Below are positions 1-9,660 of a stretch of 32,000 nucleotides of DNA, piece by piece. The notes below the pieces were generated by a model, which was not told the DNA's origin, searched no databases, and saw only the letters and a list, made by a program, of their open reading frames with translations. The DNA comes from Paramicrosporidium saccamoebae KSL3 (lineage: Eukaryota > Fungi > Cryptomycota): assembly GCA_002794465.1 (NCBI GenBank), contig MTSL01000150.1, positions 119,448 to 151,447 of the forward strand, in the 5' to 3' direction. The stretch's first letter is position 1; every line of letters starts with the position of its first letter. Made by a program: the position numbers and the translations under genes.

Positions 1-978
1 ATTGTCGCTACTATTTCTGTTTCGCGAAATCCATCATCAATATTCAATTTTGTGTCTAATGGACCGGAAGAATCTTCCAAAAGAACCCTCCCGGGTGCTT
101 GCTCGCCTCCTCAAGCCGTGTATCACAAGCAATCCTCTTCCCATAGCAATTTCCAAAGGGGCGATGAGCCGCGACTACCCCCGCCTGTGGCATCCAACAT
201 GATGGTAAGACCATACGCCAGACAGCCCCTCCCTGCATTTCCGGCAACCTTTAATGCCGCAAAATCTAGAGAGCCATCGGGACGAGCGAAATGGTTTGCT
301 AGAGCTAGACAGTTTTATTCTTTATCCCAAATCGCCACAGTGAAAACCGTACCACCAGTTGGATTTGCTCAATGGCACTATTACGGAGTGTTAGCCCCTC
401 TCAAGGGTAGGTTTGCTAGATTATCCATCGCCGATTCTAGTATGGGTGGCCACATTTCCCATAACCGAATTGTATTTTCAGATGGTTGCCAGGCCGGCGC
501 TAGATGGAAGAAGACCTTTATGAATCGCTGGAAAAATAGTGATATTGATGAAACCACTTTGGGGGCTGAGAAAGTTAGAGACTGGTATCCCCTCAAGGAG
601 GACGGCCTTATTGTTGCTCTTCAGGAGGATGGCGATAGTGGTAGTGATCACCAGCTGCTTATGGCATCCCATGGCAGGCCTCCACTAGGAGCAGTTCTTC
701 TCCGACCTGAAGGAGATCGGCTAGTGTTTGTGGCTCGTACTTCTGATGATAAGGTTACGCCCGTAAAGATTCAGGATGGTGATGTTGTTATTGTTGGGGC
801 ACTTTTGAGTATATCAAGACTGGAATCAGGTGATCTCGTGCTAAGCACTTTGAGCACGCCAGATACGATCCCTGAAACGGTCTATGACTCTGCAAAGGAA
901 CCTTCGCTTTGCTTTGCTGCCGTCATTGCGGTTAGCCAACAATTATCTAAATGGAATGAGCTTCTGCCAAGCTACTAA
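1..978 (+). CDS. Hypothetical protein, 5'-truncated by the window edge
   Basis: Frame 1 is open from base 1 (att gtc gct act...) to TAA at 976-978, giving at least 325 codons. The track's GTG start at 52 is internal. No family recognised. Confidence 0.6.
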   Translation: MVATISVSRNPSSIFNFVSNGPEESSKRTLPGACSPPQAVYHKQSSSHSNFQRGDEPRLPPPVASNMMVRPYARQPLPAFPATFNAAKSREPSGRAKWFARARQFYSLSQIATVKTVPPVGFAQWHYYGVLAPLKGRFARLSIADSSMGGHISHNRIVFSDGCQAGARWKKTFMNRWKNSDIDETTLGAEKVRDWYPLKEDGLIVALQEDGDSGSDHQLLMASHGRPPLGAVLLRPEGDRLVFVARTSDDKVTPVKIQDGDVVIVGALLSISRLESGDLVLSTLSTPDTIPETVYDSAKEPSLCFAAVIAVSQQLSKWNELLPSY

Positions 979-1003
979 CTTTAATGTGCGGATGCTTTGA
1001 ACA

Positions 1004-1510
1004 TCATGTTGCTCTCAGGATTAAATCCTCAACCGTAAGCTTGGGAGGAGGAGTAAAAACCGCAGATGCAGTGTATGTGGTGCAATAGCCGTTACATATT
1101 CGACAAAGGGCACTTGCCAGATTCAATTCGAAAATCTCGTACAGAGTGAATTGGTCGAGCGTTCTAAGGCATTTGTTACACTGCAACTGTCTAGTGGCAC
1201 ACAACTGCATCACTTCTGCCTCAATAACAAATTTGAATTGTCCATCCAGGGATCATACAAGATTTGACGATTGAGGGAGTTGTATTAAAGACCATATTAA
1301 ACAGCATTTGTTTGTTATTGGCAAGCCCGATCCATATAGCGACCCCACAATCCATCCCTGTCATCTTAAGGATAGCTGCCCATAAAGGATCCACAAGCTC
1401 CACTACAACCAATTCACTCATCAACAGGCTCTTTATTGGAAATTTGAGCCGCGGGTCTATACTCTTAACCTGTGTAAACCCTCTCCCTGGTCCATATATA
1501 TGATGGCATA
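1004..1510 (-). pseudogene. Possible degenerate or interrupted CDS with two CxxC pairs
   Basis: Two minus-strand frames abut near 1221-1250: GPGRGFTQVKSIDPRLKF...QICY* and SLDGQFKFVIEAEVMQLC...CNKC...CRIC...LRAT*. The upstream frame has no ATG before the repeat element that starts at 1511. Confidence 0.25.
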
Positions 1511-1752
1511 TGTCGCGTAGTAGGGGATAAATAGTATGGACTGTCAGCGGGAAAGGGGGGTCTGTTTATTGCTAATCCTAGAATGGTATGAATACACATC
1601 TCACTATCCCCAAATGTTCAGCAAAGCGATCCATTCTAGCACACAAATACCCAATTAATCAACCCTCTATGTCACATGGCCAACTAATCAATCCCTTGCC
1701 TCTACGTCACGTAGCCAACTAATCAATCCTCTGCCTCTGCCTCTACGTCACA
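1511..1752 (-). mobile_element. Solo-LTR-like dispersed element, copy A (rearranged)
   Basis: Plus strand begins TGTCGCGTAGTAGGGGATAA and ends TCTACGTCACA, matching the termini of copies B and C. AATAAA lies on the minus strand at 1565-1570. Flanks are cata/tata. Confidence 0.7.
1651..1752. repeat. Three imperfect tandem units (29-38 bp) of an element terminus
   Basis: Units start at 1651, 1680 and 1715; each reads CCAAYTAATCAA...CTAYGTCAC. Confidence 0.85.
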
Positions 1753-1834
1753 TATACATGGACCAGGAATATAGTCTCTCTCACAGGCCATTATTTACAT
1801 TGTATTCATCTCTTTGAGTCAATATTTACAAAGT

Positions 1835-2716
1835 CTACGCGGCGAAAAAGGCGGGCCTTAGCAGGGATCGGACCTGTTCCAGCAACACGAGAGTTAACAC
1901 GGTATGCGGGCCGATCCGCACAAAATGCGGCACCAATCCTCTCCATAATGCCCCTACTCCTTCGACCCTCACCGTCTTTACGGCACAATTCACCAGTCCC
2001 GAATAAAGTTCCCCTTTTTGGTTGTAGAGTCGCGTCATTACCACATCAAAAGGATTCATAATCAGACAGGCGACTACGCCACTGCACATTGCTGCACCCA
2101 ACTGGACGGACATGCCGTCGATAAAGCCGAGAGTGAGAAGACGCGTCTTGAATCCGTCATAGGAGGCGAGTTGGGCAGCACTGCCGGCTGTAGTGCGCAA
2201 AACGGAGGCTGAGATACCGCGATAAAACCCCCGTACTCCCTCGTGGATGTAAATAGAGCGGATGGCAGGGAATATGCCCGTATAGCCGTGCTGATAGCCG
2301 GTTTGAAAGTGCGGCGAGTAGGACTGAAGTCGTGTTTTGATTAGGTTAAAGGGCGTCCCGATCATGGCAGCCACTCCCCCCGCTCCGGCACCGGCCATTG
2401 CATTGCAAAGTAGTGCATTGTTTGAGAGTGTCCGTTGAAAGAGCAGCCGGGTTGGCTCATATACCATGAAACGAGTACCATTCATTAGGATCTGATAAAT
2501 GTAGGCGGGGAGCAGGCCACGCTGCAATCCCGCAAGTCCCTCTAGTTGCCAGACCCGTGTCAGGCTAATCCGGCCCCCACCACCCATGCCCAACTCATTG
2601 TTCAGCTGCCGGCGGGTCTTTAGCATATCAAAGGGATTGGTGACAGTTACAGCACCGCATGCCGCAATCGATCCCGAGACAAACTGCAATCCCATCAGAG
2701 CGACATTGTCACTCAT
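1835..2716 (-). CDS. OAC1: Mitochondrial oxaloacetate/sulfate carrier (SLC25 family), 293 aa
   Basis: Three carrier signature repeats (TNPFDMLKTR, GTPFNLIKTR, MNPFDVVMTR) and GLQRGLLPAYIYQ resemble yeast Oac1. The likely ATG is 2716 (MSDNVAL), not 2863. Confidence 0.9.
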   Translation of the reverse strand: MSDNVALMGLQFVSGSIAACGAVTVTNPFDMLKTRRQLNNELGMGGGGRISLTRVWQLEGLAGLQRGLLPAYIYQILMNGTRFMVYEPTRLLFQRTLSNNALLCNAMAGAGAGGVAAMIGTPFNLIKTRLQSYSPHFQTGYQHGYTGIFPAIRSIYIHEGVRGFYRGISASVLRTTAGSAAQLASYDGFKTRLLTLGFIDGMSVQLGAAMCSGVVACLIMNPFDVVMTRLYNQKGELYSGLVNCAVKTVRVEGVGALWRGLVPHFVRIGPHTVLTLVLLEQVRSLLRPAFFAA

Positions 2717-2748
2717 GTGACGGACGTAACGAAAATTGTTTATTGTTA

Positions 2749-3324
2749 ATGGATGCGCTGATTGGGGAGCGGGACAAGATTGAGGATGAAATTGCCCGTC
2801 TGGAGGAGAAACTGCTGCAGGTGGGAGGAAGGGGGTGGTTGATGGTGTAGAGGAGGGACGCATCCGGGTTTCGGGATGACATGGACATGGTAGAGTCGCT
2901 GAAGCGGATCCTGGTGGCGCTGCGAAACGAACATTGTCTCATTATGGAGACTTTGGACCATGCCATTTCGGCAATCGACGCTCCCGAGCGGGTTGGACGA
3001 CGACAGAGCTTTCCTCCGGTGCACGGTCCGTTGGAGTCTTTGGTCAAGAAGGTGCAGGTGGCCGTGTCCTCGGAGAACACGGACTCGATTCTGGTTGGAC
3101 ACATTGTACCATGTCTTGGCCGTTTATTAATGCTGTAGACGCCAGAGAAGAATTATGGTCCGGCAGACATGTCCATGTCGACATACAAATATCTATGTAA
3201 ATATAATCTGCTCCACGAGTCATCGCCACGATCACCGCTCGCACCAATGCGTACTCAGCGTGCTCTCCCTCCCCCATACAAGATCCTTGATGACGAACTA
3301 ATAAAGCGGATGCCCAAGTTGTAA
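2749..3324 (+). CDS. Small coiled-coil protein, 170 aa, with Nas2/PSMD9-like N-terminus; exons 2749-2820, 2851-3105, 3139-3324
   Basis: GT-AG introns 2821-2850 (30 nt) and 3106-3138 (33 nt) join three frames with no stop. The N-terminus (DALIGERDKIEDEI...DASGFRDDMD...LRNEHCLIM) resembles the Nas2_N domain as I recall it. Confidence 0.6.
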
Positions 3325-3462
3325 TGCAATTGCATGATTTCTATATTTGGCAGAATGGGGGATGCTGGCTGAAAGAGGAAAGAGTTGAGCAGTCGATTAG
3401 ATACAGAGTAATAATCCACCCCCGCCGAGGGCAAGAGTGATCCATCCACCCTAGCGGAGAGG

Positions 3463-4625
3463 ATGACGTTTCTCAAAAAGGTTTTTGGTCACAGCGACCG
3501 ACGGACCAAGGAGACCAACGACTCGTCCAGCTCATTGACAAGTGGCTCGCAGCCGCGGGGTCCGTCCAGCACCACATCAAGTCCATTGCCCGAGAAGCTC
3601 TTTACTACGGCCGTGGACGCAGTGGTTGCGACACCTCGTCCACAATTCCGCTTTGAAGACTTTGAGGTGACCCGTACATTGGGCACAGGGTCCTTTGGAC
3701 GCGTCTGTCTGGCCCTACACCGTCCCACTCAGCAATTCTATGCAATGAAAAAGTTACGCAAGTCGGATGTATTGCGACTGAAGCAGGTGGAACATACCAA
3801 TAACGAACGTTTCTTGCTGTCACAAGTGGAGCATCCGTTTATTGTCAAAATGGTGTGCACCTTCCAGGACGAACGGCATCTGTACATTATTTTGGAGTAT
3901 GTGTGTGGAGGTGAATTGTTCAGTTTGCTGCGGAAAGTGCGGGTAGGACAATGGGTGGTTGGTCATGTTTGTAGACACTGCCGCCGTTTGTAGCGCAATT
4001 CTATGCAGCAGAAGTGGTGTTGGCCATCCAATATCTGCATGAACGCAACATTGTGTACCGCGATCTGAAGCCGGAGAATATCCTAATGACTCGTGAGGGT
4101 CACGTCCGATTGACAGACTTTGGCTTTGCCAAAATTGTGCCCGAGACGACATGGACATTGTGTGGCACGCCAGACTATCTGGCGCCAGAGATTGTCATGT
4201 CGCGTGGCTATGGAAAGGCGGTGGATTGGTACGCAGTAGGGGTGCTGATCTACGAAATGCTCATTGGCGCTCCGCCATTCTACCACGAGAATCAGATGAA
4301 ACTGTATGAGAACATTGTGCAGCAGGCAGCAAGGTTCCCTGCCGGCTTTGATCCAGTGGCCCGGAGTCTGATTGAGGGACTGTTGGAGAAGAATCCAGGA
4401 AAGCGGTTGGGAGTCCTAGTGGGCGGGGCAGAAGAAATTAAGCGTCATCCATGGTTCCGTGATGTCAAATGGGAATTGCTGTATCAGCTACGGATCAAGG
4501 CCCCGTATCGTCCCAAGGTGGCCCATGACGGTGACACGAGCAATTTCGACGAATATCCGGCTGAAATAGCTGAAACTGATCCGGTTGACTCGAAAATGTT
4601 TGAGGGTTTGTTTACCGGTTTTTAA
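3463..4625 (+). CDS. pka1: cAMP-dependent protein kinase catalytic subunit, 376 aa; exons 3463-3942, 3975-4625
   Basis: Motifs GTGSFG, YAMK, YRDLKPEN, DFG, TLCGTPDYLAPE and a C-terminal FTGF (FxxF). A 32-nt intron at 3943-3974 restores LRKVR|TLPPFVAQFYAAEV. Confidence 0.95.
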
Positions 4626-4831
4626 TTGTACGATTTAATAAACGGGCATTTGTAGTGTGATGAGTAGTGAGGTGAATAGGGAAGTGAGTAGTAAGGTGAG
4701 TAGTGAGGTGGGTGGGAAAGTGAGTCGGGAAATGAGTAGAGAGGCGAGTAGGGAAATGAGTAGAGAGGTGAGTAGGGAAGTAGGGAAGTGAGTAGGGAGA
4801 CTAAAAGCAAGAGTAAGAGCGAGACTAACAT
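4622..4831 (-). CDS. Possible 69-aa peptide with hydrophobic N-terminus and YSP/YSF repeats
   Basis: ATG at 4831 gives MLVSLLLLLLVSLLTSLLPYSPLYSFPYSP...; the stop overlaps the PKA stop in TTAA (4622-4625). It may be an artefact of the underlying 12-bp repeat. Confidence 0.25.
   Translation of the reverse strand: MLVSLLLLLLVSLLTSLLPYSPLYSFPYSPLYSFPDSLSHPPHYSPYYSLPYSPHYSSHYKCPFIKSYN
4652..4800. repeat. Degenerate purine-rich tandem repeat, ~12-bp period (GTGAGTAGGGAA-like)
   Basis: gtgagtag/atgagtag recurs with gggaa, tgag or agag spacers. Confidence 0.8.
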
Positions 4832-4843
4832 TGGAAGCAAGTA

Positions 4844-4888
4844 AAATGTCTAATCGTTAAATGTCTAGTCGTTAAATGTTCAGTCGTG
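4844..4888. repeat. Three 15-bp tandem units
   Basis: aaatgtctaatcgtt / aaatgtctagtcgtt / aaatgttcagtcgtg. Confidence 0.8.
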
Positions 4889-5030
4889 AAAGGCTCAGTA
4901 ATGTGTTCAGTCGCGACATTTTTTGTCATGAAACAAGAGTTACGGGGTACTCGTAATCACGAAATAGCTCAAGTGTGTGACCATGGCATGGTAGGTCGCT
5001 CCTCAATCATACGCACCCATAATTATGGCG

Positions 5031-5807
5031 TTATGGGGAAAAGGAGGGAATGTACACTGTCATTACATTAGGTTGATCGGGTAAAGAAACTGAGATAATC
5101 AGCGTCTGATCAGGAATGATGGAACATAGTAATGTCGCACCGGGTAGATAGCCCAGCACTCCCAACGTGCGACCCAACAGTTTGATTGGCACAGAGATGG
5201 AAATAAGTCGTTGTCGATCGTCCAATCCTCCCTGTACCACCCGCACACCCGAATAACGCAATCGACAGGTCAAAAGCGCCGTCTCCACACTTGTCACTAC
5301 GGTTCCTGCGGCATTTGCGGCCACCTCCACTGTGCCTTCCAGACTAACCACACGTCGAATCCCAAGCGGCAAATGAAAGGTAATGTGGGGACGGGCCACT
5401 GTAGGCTCACTGACAGACTCAGTGGGGGTTATGGACAATTCATGCAACACTGAACCAGGAATTCCCACCCTCTCCCCACCAACAATCTGCAGGGTACGGG
5501 ACAAAACTGTCATAGTTCCACTCGACTGGGTCTCCACTGCCCGCAACACGGACAACAAGGCAGCAGTTTCCACTTCAAAACAAATATCGCCAATAACCAT
5601 GCTGATACCCAGTTGAATTCCGGTGAAACTTGTCCAAGAGGTCAGTTGCAGGGAGGCTGCGGTGGGTCGTTGCAGCATCCGCACTGAATTTGAGCTAAAC
5701 GCCATACACACAGTGCGACCTGTGCGCTCCAGACACTGCATCACCCGACGCAGTTGATGGGTCGACGGGTCGAATCGTATCAATGCCTCCTCATGCGGGG
5801 CGAGCAT
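5031..5807 (-). CDS. HUS1: 9-1-1 checkpoint clamp subunit, Hus1-like, 258 aa
   Basis: VLHELSITP...EPTVARPHITFHLP, VAANAAGTVVTSVETALL and the terminal TVYIPSF align by eye with Hus1 (VTHDIPI..EPVVPDPDVSIYLP, EANLDGELNLKIETELV, QYFIPAL). Likely ATG is 5807. Confidence 0.75.
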   Translation of the reverse strand: MLAPHEEALIRFDPSTHQLRRVMQCLERTGRTVCMAFSSNSVRMLQRPTAASLQLTSWTSFTGIQLGISMVIGDICFEVETAALLSVLRAVETQSSGTMTVLSRTLQIVGGERVGIPGSVLHELSITPTESVSEPTVARPHITFHLPLGIRRVVSLEGTVEVAANAAGTVVTSVETALLTCRLRYSGVRVVQGGLDDRQRLISISVPIKLLGRTLGVLGYLPGATLLCSIIPDQTLIISVSLPDQPNVMTVYIPSFSP

Positions 5808-5819
5808 TGTGACCGGGGC

Positions 5820-6113
5820 ATGGAGGGGATTCTGCTCTTTGGTCGGTCGACCAACCGCACTGTGGATGCTGTGGATGTAGAGACGCCCTCTACCCCTTCT
5901 CGCATGAAGATAAAAGAAAAACAACAGAAACTGGGAAAGAGACTAAGCAGGATATTGGCAGTGTCAGGAGAGACTATACTGAAAGAGGCAAAAATGTTCC
6001 TATCGCCCACTCCTGCTGATCTTGTAATCAAACCAGTCAAAAGGCGACGGGGGCACAAGACTAGATCCCAGCGTCGCACCCGAAAAGAGCGACAAAGCTG
6101 TGTTCGTAGATAA
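5820..6113 (+). CDS. Hypothetical small basic protein, up to 97 aa
   Basis: K/R-rich ORF divergent from HUS1; the ATG could be 5820 or a downstream in-frame ATG. No family recognised. Confidence 0.3.
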   Translation: MEGILLFGRSTNRTVDAVDVETPSTPSRMKIKEKQQKLGKRLSRILAVSGETILKEAKMFLSPTPADLVIKPVKRRRGHKTRSQRRTRKERQSCVRR

Positions 6114-6595
6114 AAGACCAGAAAGGTCTTGATCCGTGCAAAGCTTGTATTAGTGCAAGGTTTGTAATAGCGTAAAGTTTGTAAAGACCCATTATCTGTT
6201 TAATAGATGGCATCATATTCTATGATTAGTGTGTGATAGTTTCCTACATATCATGCCTAATGTTAATGTGATGATTTCTCACATAACACACCTAACATAT
6301 TAATAGGATGGTTTTTCACATCTTACCTAGCATTCCTCTCACCTCTCCCCCTATTTACATACATCTAACACCTCCCCCCACACTAGCCCCCCGCCCAACA
6401 TACATCTCACATCTTTATTATATAAACGACAGCAAATCCGGACGGAGAGTCATAAAACGAAACAATCCAAACGTTCAATAGAAATATGCATACACGGGGG
6501 GACACGACCCAAACTGCCGCTACCGGATCGGATCGGACTGTCGTCGAAAACCTCGAAGCGGTGCACCTTCTGTTCTGCGTGTTCAAGTCACTAAA

Positions 6596-8087
6596 TCAAA
6601 AGGTACCTGGGGGAATGTCAACAATCAGTGAATCTACCACCGACGGGGTGGAGCTGCGAGAGGAGGCGGGATCAGAAAGGACGGGCAACGGCGCAGAAAG
6701 CGAAATGGCAGGTCGTAATCGAGCGGAGGGACATTCCAGGCCAAGATGATGACGGAGGTTCAGGGCTCCCAGGACCAGAACTAAACCCACAGCCGTGGCC
6801 CCCAAAGCCGCAAAGAACAGACCACAGGAGCCATAAGAGGCGTCGGTAGAGATGATGGGAGCAACTGCCAGTGGGATCAAAGTGACGGCTAAATTACAGG
6901 CTGAGGTGAGAATGCCATAGGCGGTGGAATGACGCGCATGTCGCACAACCGCAGGCACACAGGCCCAGAAACACAGCAACGTGGAATATGCAAAGCCCAG
7001 GACACTCAATGCCAAAAAAGCCACCACCTTTTGCGATCCCATCCCCAACATGGCATGACCTACTGCAAACGCCACGGCCCCACACATAATCAGACTGATG
7101 CGTTTCCCATGTCTGTCCACATATATTCCCAACAATGGCACCAGCACCATGGCCAACGTGTCGGGAATGGACATGGCCAAATTGGCATCCACCAAGTTGC
7201 CTCCAAAGTAGCGCGTCTGCAGATAATCCGACGCCACATTGTTATAAGGAATCATGCAGCCCTACCAATGAAACACCAAGAGGCAAATGTACATAGAAGA
7301 GGAAACAAATGGTGGCAAGAACCCAGAATCCATGATCAAAGTCGGAATTGGCAGCACGTCGACGAGAGGAGGACTGTTTGTGGATGTGCTCATGGTCGGA
7401 ATGAAAGTGATGATAGCAACGATCCACAACAATGGTGGCCACAGTACAGCACAGACTAAGAAGACAGCTGAAAAACCCCACCCAAAAGGCAGCAGGCACG
7501 GACCAATGCTCTGCCACTATTGGCGACAAGATGTTGTTGACTACGGTGCCTACTCGAGCAATGCTCAGATTCAATCCAATGGCCAAGGCCAACTCCTTTC
7601 CAGCAAACCACTGCGTCACCAGTCGGGACTGCGCTACCGCCAGCGATTCGCCGCCCACACCAAACAGCATACGTCCACCCACCATCAATCCAAAGTTGCC
7701 CGACTGCAATCCACATGCCACCAGGAATTGGCCCGCCGCCACCAGAAACGACAACAGCAACAGAATGGCGCGACTCCCCAGGCGGTCCAGCAGACGTCCC
7801 ACAAAGAAGGGCAACACCACATTGGGCACCGAGTAGAGGGAGTAGAGCAGACTGAGTCGGTCTTGAAAAAGCACCTCGTCTCCCGGCGGCGCCAATAGTC
7901 CCCGCAATGGTCGATTCAACGCGGATGGATTGTCAAACGCATAATAATTGCCAAACATGATCCAGCATGACAGGAACAGCACCACCCAGCGAATCCGACT
8001 ATGGTATTCCGGATGGGGAGTGGGCGGCTTGGAGTCGGTTGACCAGACGGGCGTCGCCTCGCCCGTTTCGAGCCAGTCGGGGGGCAT
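6596..8087 (-). CDS. MFS transporter, MFSD1-like, 486 aa; exons 8087-7293, 7261-6596
   Basis: Motifs GNYYAFDNPSAL, GRLLDRLG and GRMLFGVGGESL, with multiple TM helices. A 31-nt intron at 7262-7292 joins FLFY|GCMIPYNN. Confidence 0.9.
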
Positions 8088-8223
8088 AATTAGGGGGGAC
8101 GCGATGGATGACGGTGGATGGTGGTGTGCGTGGTGGAGTTGTAAGCACGACTCGAACGTACGTGCAAACTTTGCCTCGACCAGGGCATATTGAATTCGGA
8201 CAAATAAATAACCCGCCTTTGCA

Positions 8224-9660
8224 TTAATGGTCCTTTCCATAGGGAGTGGACCTATGCACCACATTGGCGCTGCGCATTGCATCAAAGGGGGGTGGGTTGG
8301 ATTGCAATACGCGCAAAATCTGCAATCTTCCCGTCAAGGAACCTCGTTGTACCGCTCGTTGCAGAGCTGTTGTCCCCAACACGGGCATTCGTGATGGCAT
8401 AACAACTGGTCCCCCTACCATCACTCTCGGACGTAGACTCAACGAATCCACTGAACGGAATTCATCGGGATCTAAGAGACGGACACGGTCATCGGCAGGG
8501 TCGTCTCGGAAATGGTCGGTGCTACTCCGAAGGGCCTTGTATACTGTTGGTCGACGTAGAATCTGGTCTGCTGTCCCACTCAGTCCCTCCACCGTCTCCT
8601 TCGACATGCTCAATTGCATTGTTCCCGAGTTAATGACGAGCGTCTGGGTCCCAAACCGTCCCGACTGGAATAAAATCGGATCTCTTAATCCCTCCAATCG
8701 ATCTGTTGTCGGCGGCGGTTCCATCCAGTGTTCCAACCACTCTTTAACATCTTCCCCCACCAAAGGTAGTTTGGCTGCCATACCTGAAAGATCTTCGAGA
8801 AGTGTACTGCTACGTCGACGGAGATCTACAATCTCAGGTCCGGCCAGCGGATCGCAGATGGAGTGTTTGCTGACCGTCCGATGAATGACACTGTTCCGAC
8901 GAAAGTAATAAACCTCGTCATAAGTATTGTTCACACTCGTATTGCTTGCATTAGCAATTCCATCCACTGTGGGAGAGGAGGCCCGAGAGGGAGTTGCTGA
9001 TACATCCCGACTAGGGGGCTCAGATGTCCGCCGGTTCCGAAAGTAACCTGAGGGTACGGCGGTCCGCAATGGAGTTGGAATATGTTCAGCCAGATTCTTG
9101 ATGGCTTCTATGGACATTTGATGGACAGTCAGGGGTAAGTCTTCACGGAAAAAATCTGCGAGTCGCTGTTCAATCTCCAGTTGGAGATGGTTTCGAATAG
9201 ATGGCACCGAATCAAAGGTCGAGTTTACCTGGACACTCTCCAATGGAGCATTTTTAAAGGACACTGTCACTCCCCGTGCCAAAGACACTATTAAAACAAA
9301 GATTCCTCGCAGTTTCATCTTGCTAATCTGCAATTCGAGGGGCACAATGAGCGGAGCATCCGCCACCCCCGAATTCGACCCACTGTTTAGCGGGTTTGCC
9401 TGCACCTTTGTCTGCAACACTACTCGCGCATCCCCTCCATAGGTGAGCTTGAAAATGCCCCGAAACCGGTCCTCCGACAATTCCCCAATTTCCAAAATCT
9501 CCAGTTCCGGCGGCTGTGTTCCCAGGTGCAATGAACGCACCCGAATGACGTCACAAATGTTTGACGGCTTGCTGCCACGGTTCAAGGCCGTCTCCAGCTC
9601 TCCCCGTGCACGCTCCACCACCACGGGGTCAAAGTCGGGCCAGTTGAAGCAAAACGCCAT
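8224..9660 (-). CDS. MDM34: ERMES complex subunit Mdm34 (SMP domain), 478 aa
   Basis: The N-terminus MAFCFNW...LGTQPPELEILEIGELSEDRFRGIFKLTYGGDA...QANPL is the fungal Mdm34 signature. Confidence 0.92.
   Translation of the reverse strand: MAFCFNWPDFDPVVVERARGELETALNRGSKPSNICDVIRVRSLHLGTQPPELEILEIGELSEDRFRGIFKLTYGGDARVVLQTKVQANPLNSGSNSGVADAPLIVPLELQISKMKLRGIFVLIVSLARGVTVSFKNAPLESVQVNSTFDSVPSIRNHLQLEIEQRLADFFREDLPLTVHQMSIEAIKNLAEHIPTPLRTAVPSGYFRNRRTSEPPSRDVSATPSRASSPTVDGIANASNTSVNNTYDEVYYFRRNSVIHRTVSKHSICDPLAGPEIVDLRRRSSTLLEDLSGMAAKLPLVGEDVKEWLEHWMEPPPTTDRLEGLRDPILFQSGRFGTQTLVINSGTMQLSMSKETVEGLSGTADQILRRPTVYKALRSSTDHFRDDPADDRVRLLDPDEFRSVDSLSLRPRVMVGGPVVMPSRMPVLGTTALQRAVQRGSLTGRLQILRVLQSNPPPFDAMRSANVVHRSTPYGKDH

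Noticed and set aside
1004-1400. TGA readthrough or recoding to join the two Cys-rich frames
   Set aside because: TGA is used as a normal stop in RPL38, MED10 and other genes here, so there is no support for recoding.
6929-8884. Long plus-strand ORFs (6929-7459, 7287-7898, 8246-8884)
   Set aside because: They are antisense to well-supported MFS and MDM34 genes and show no recognisable motifs.
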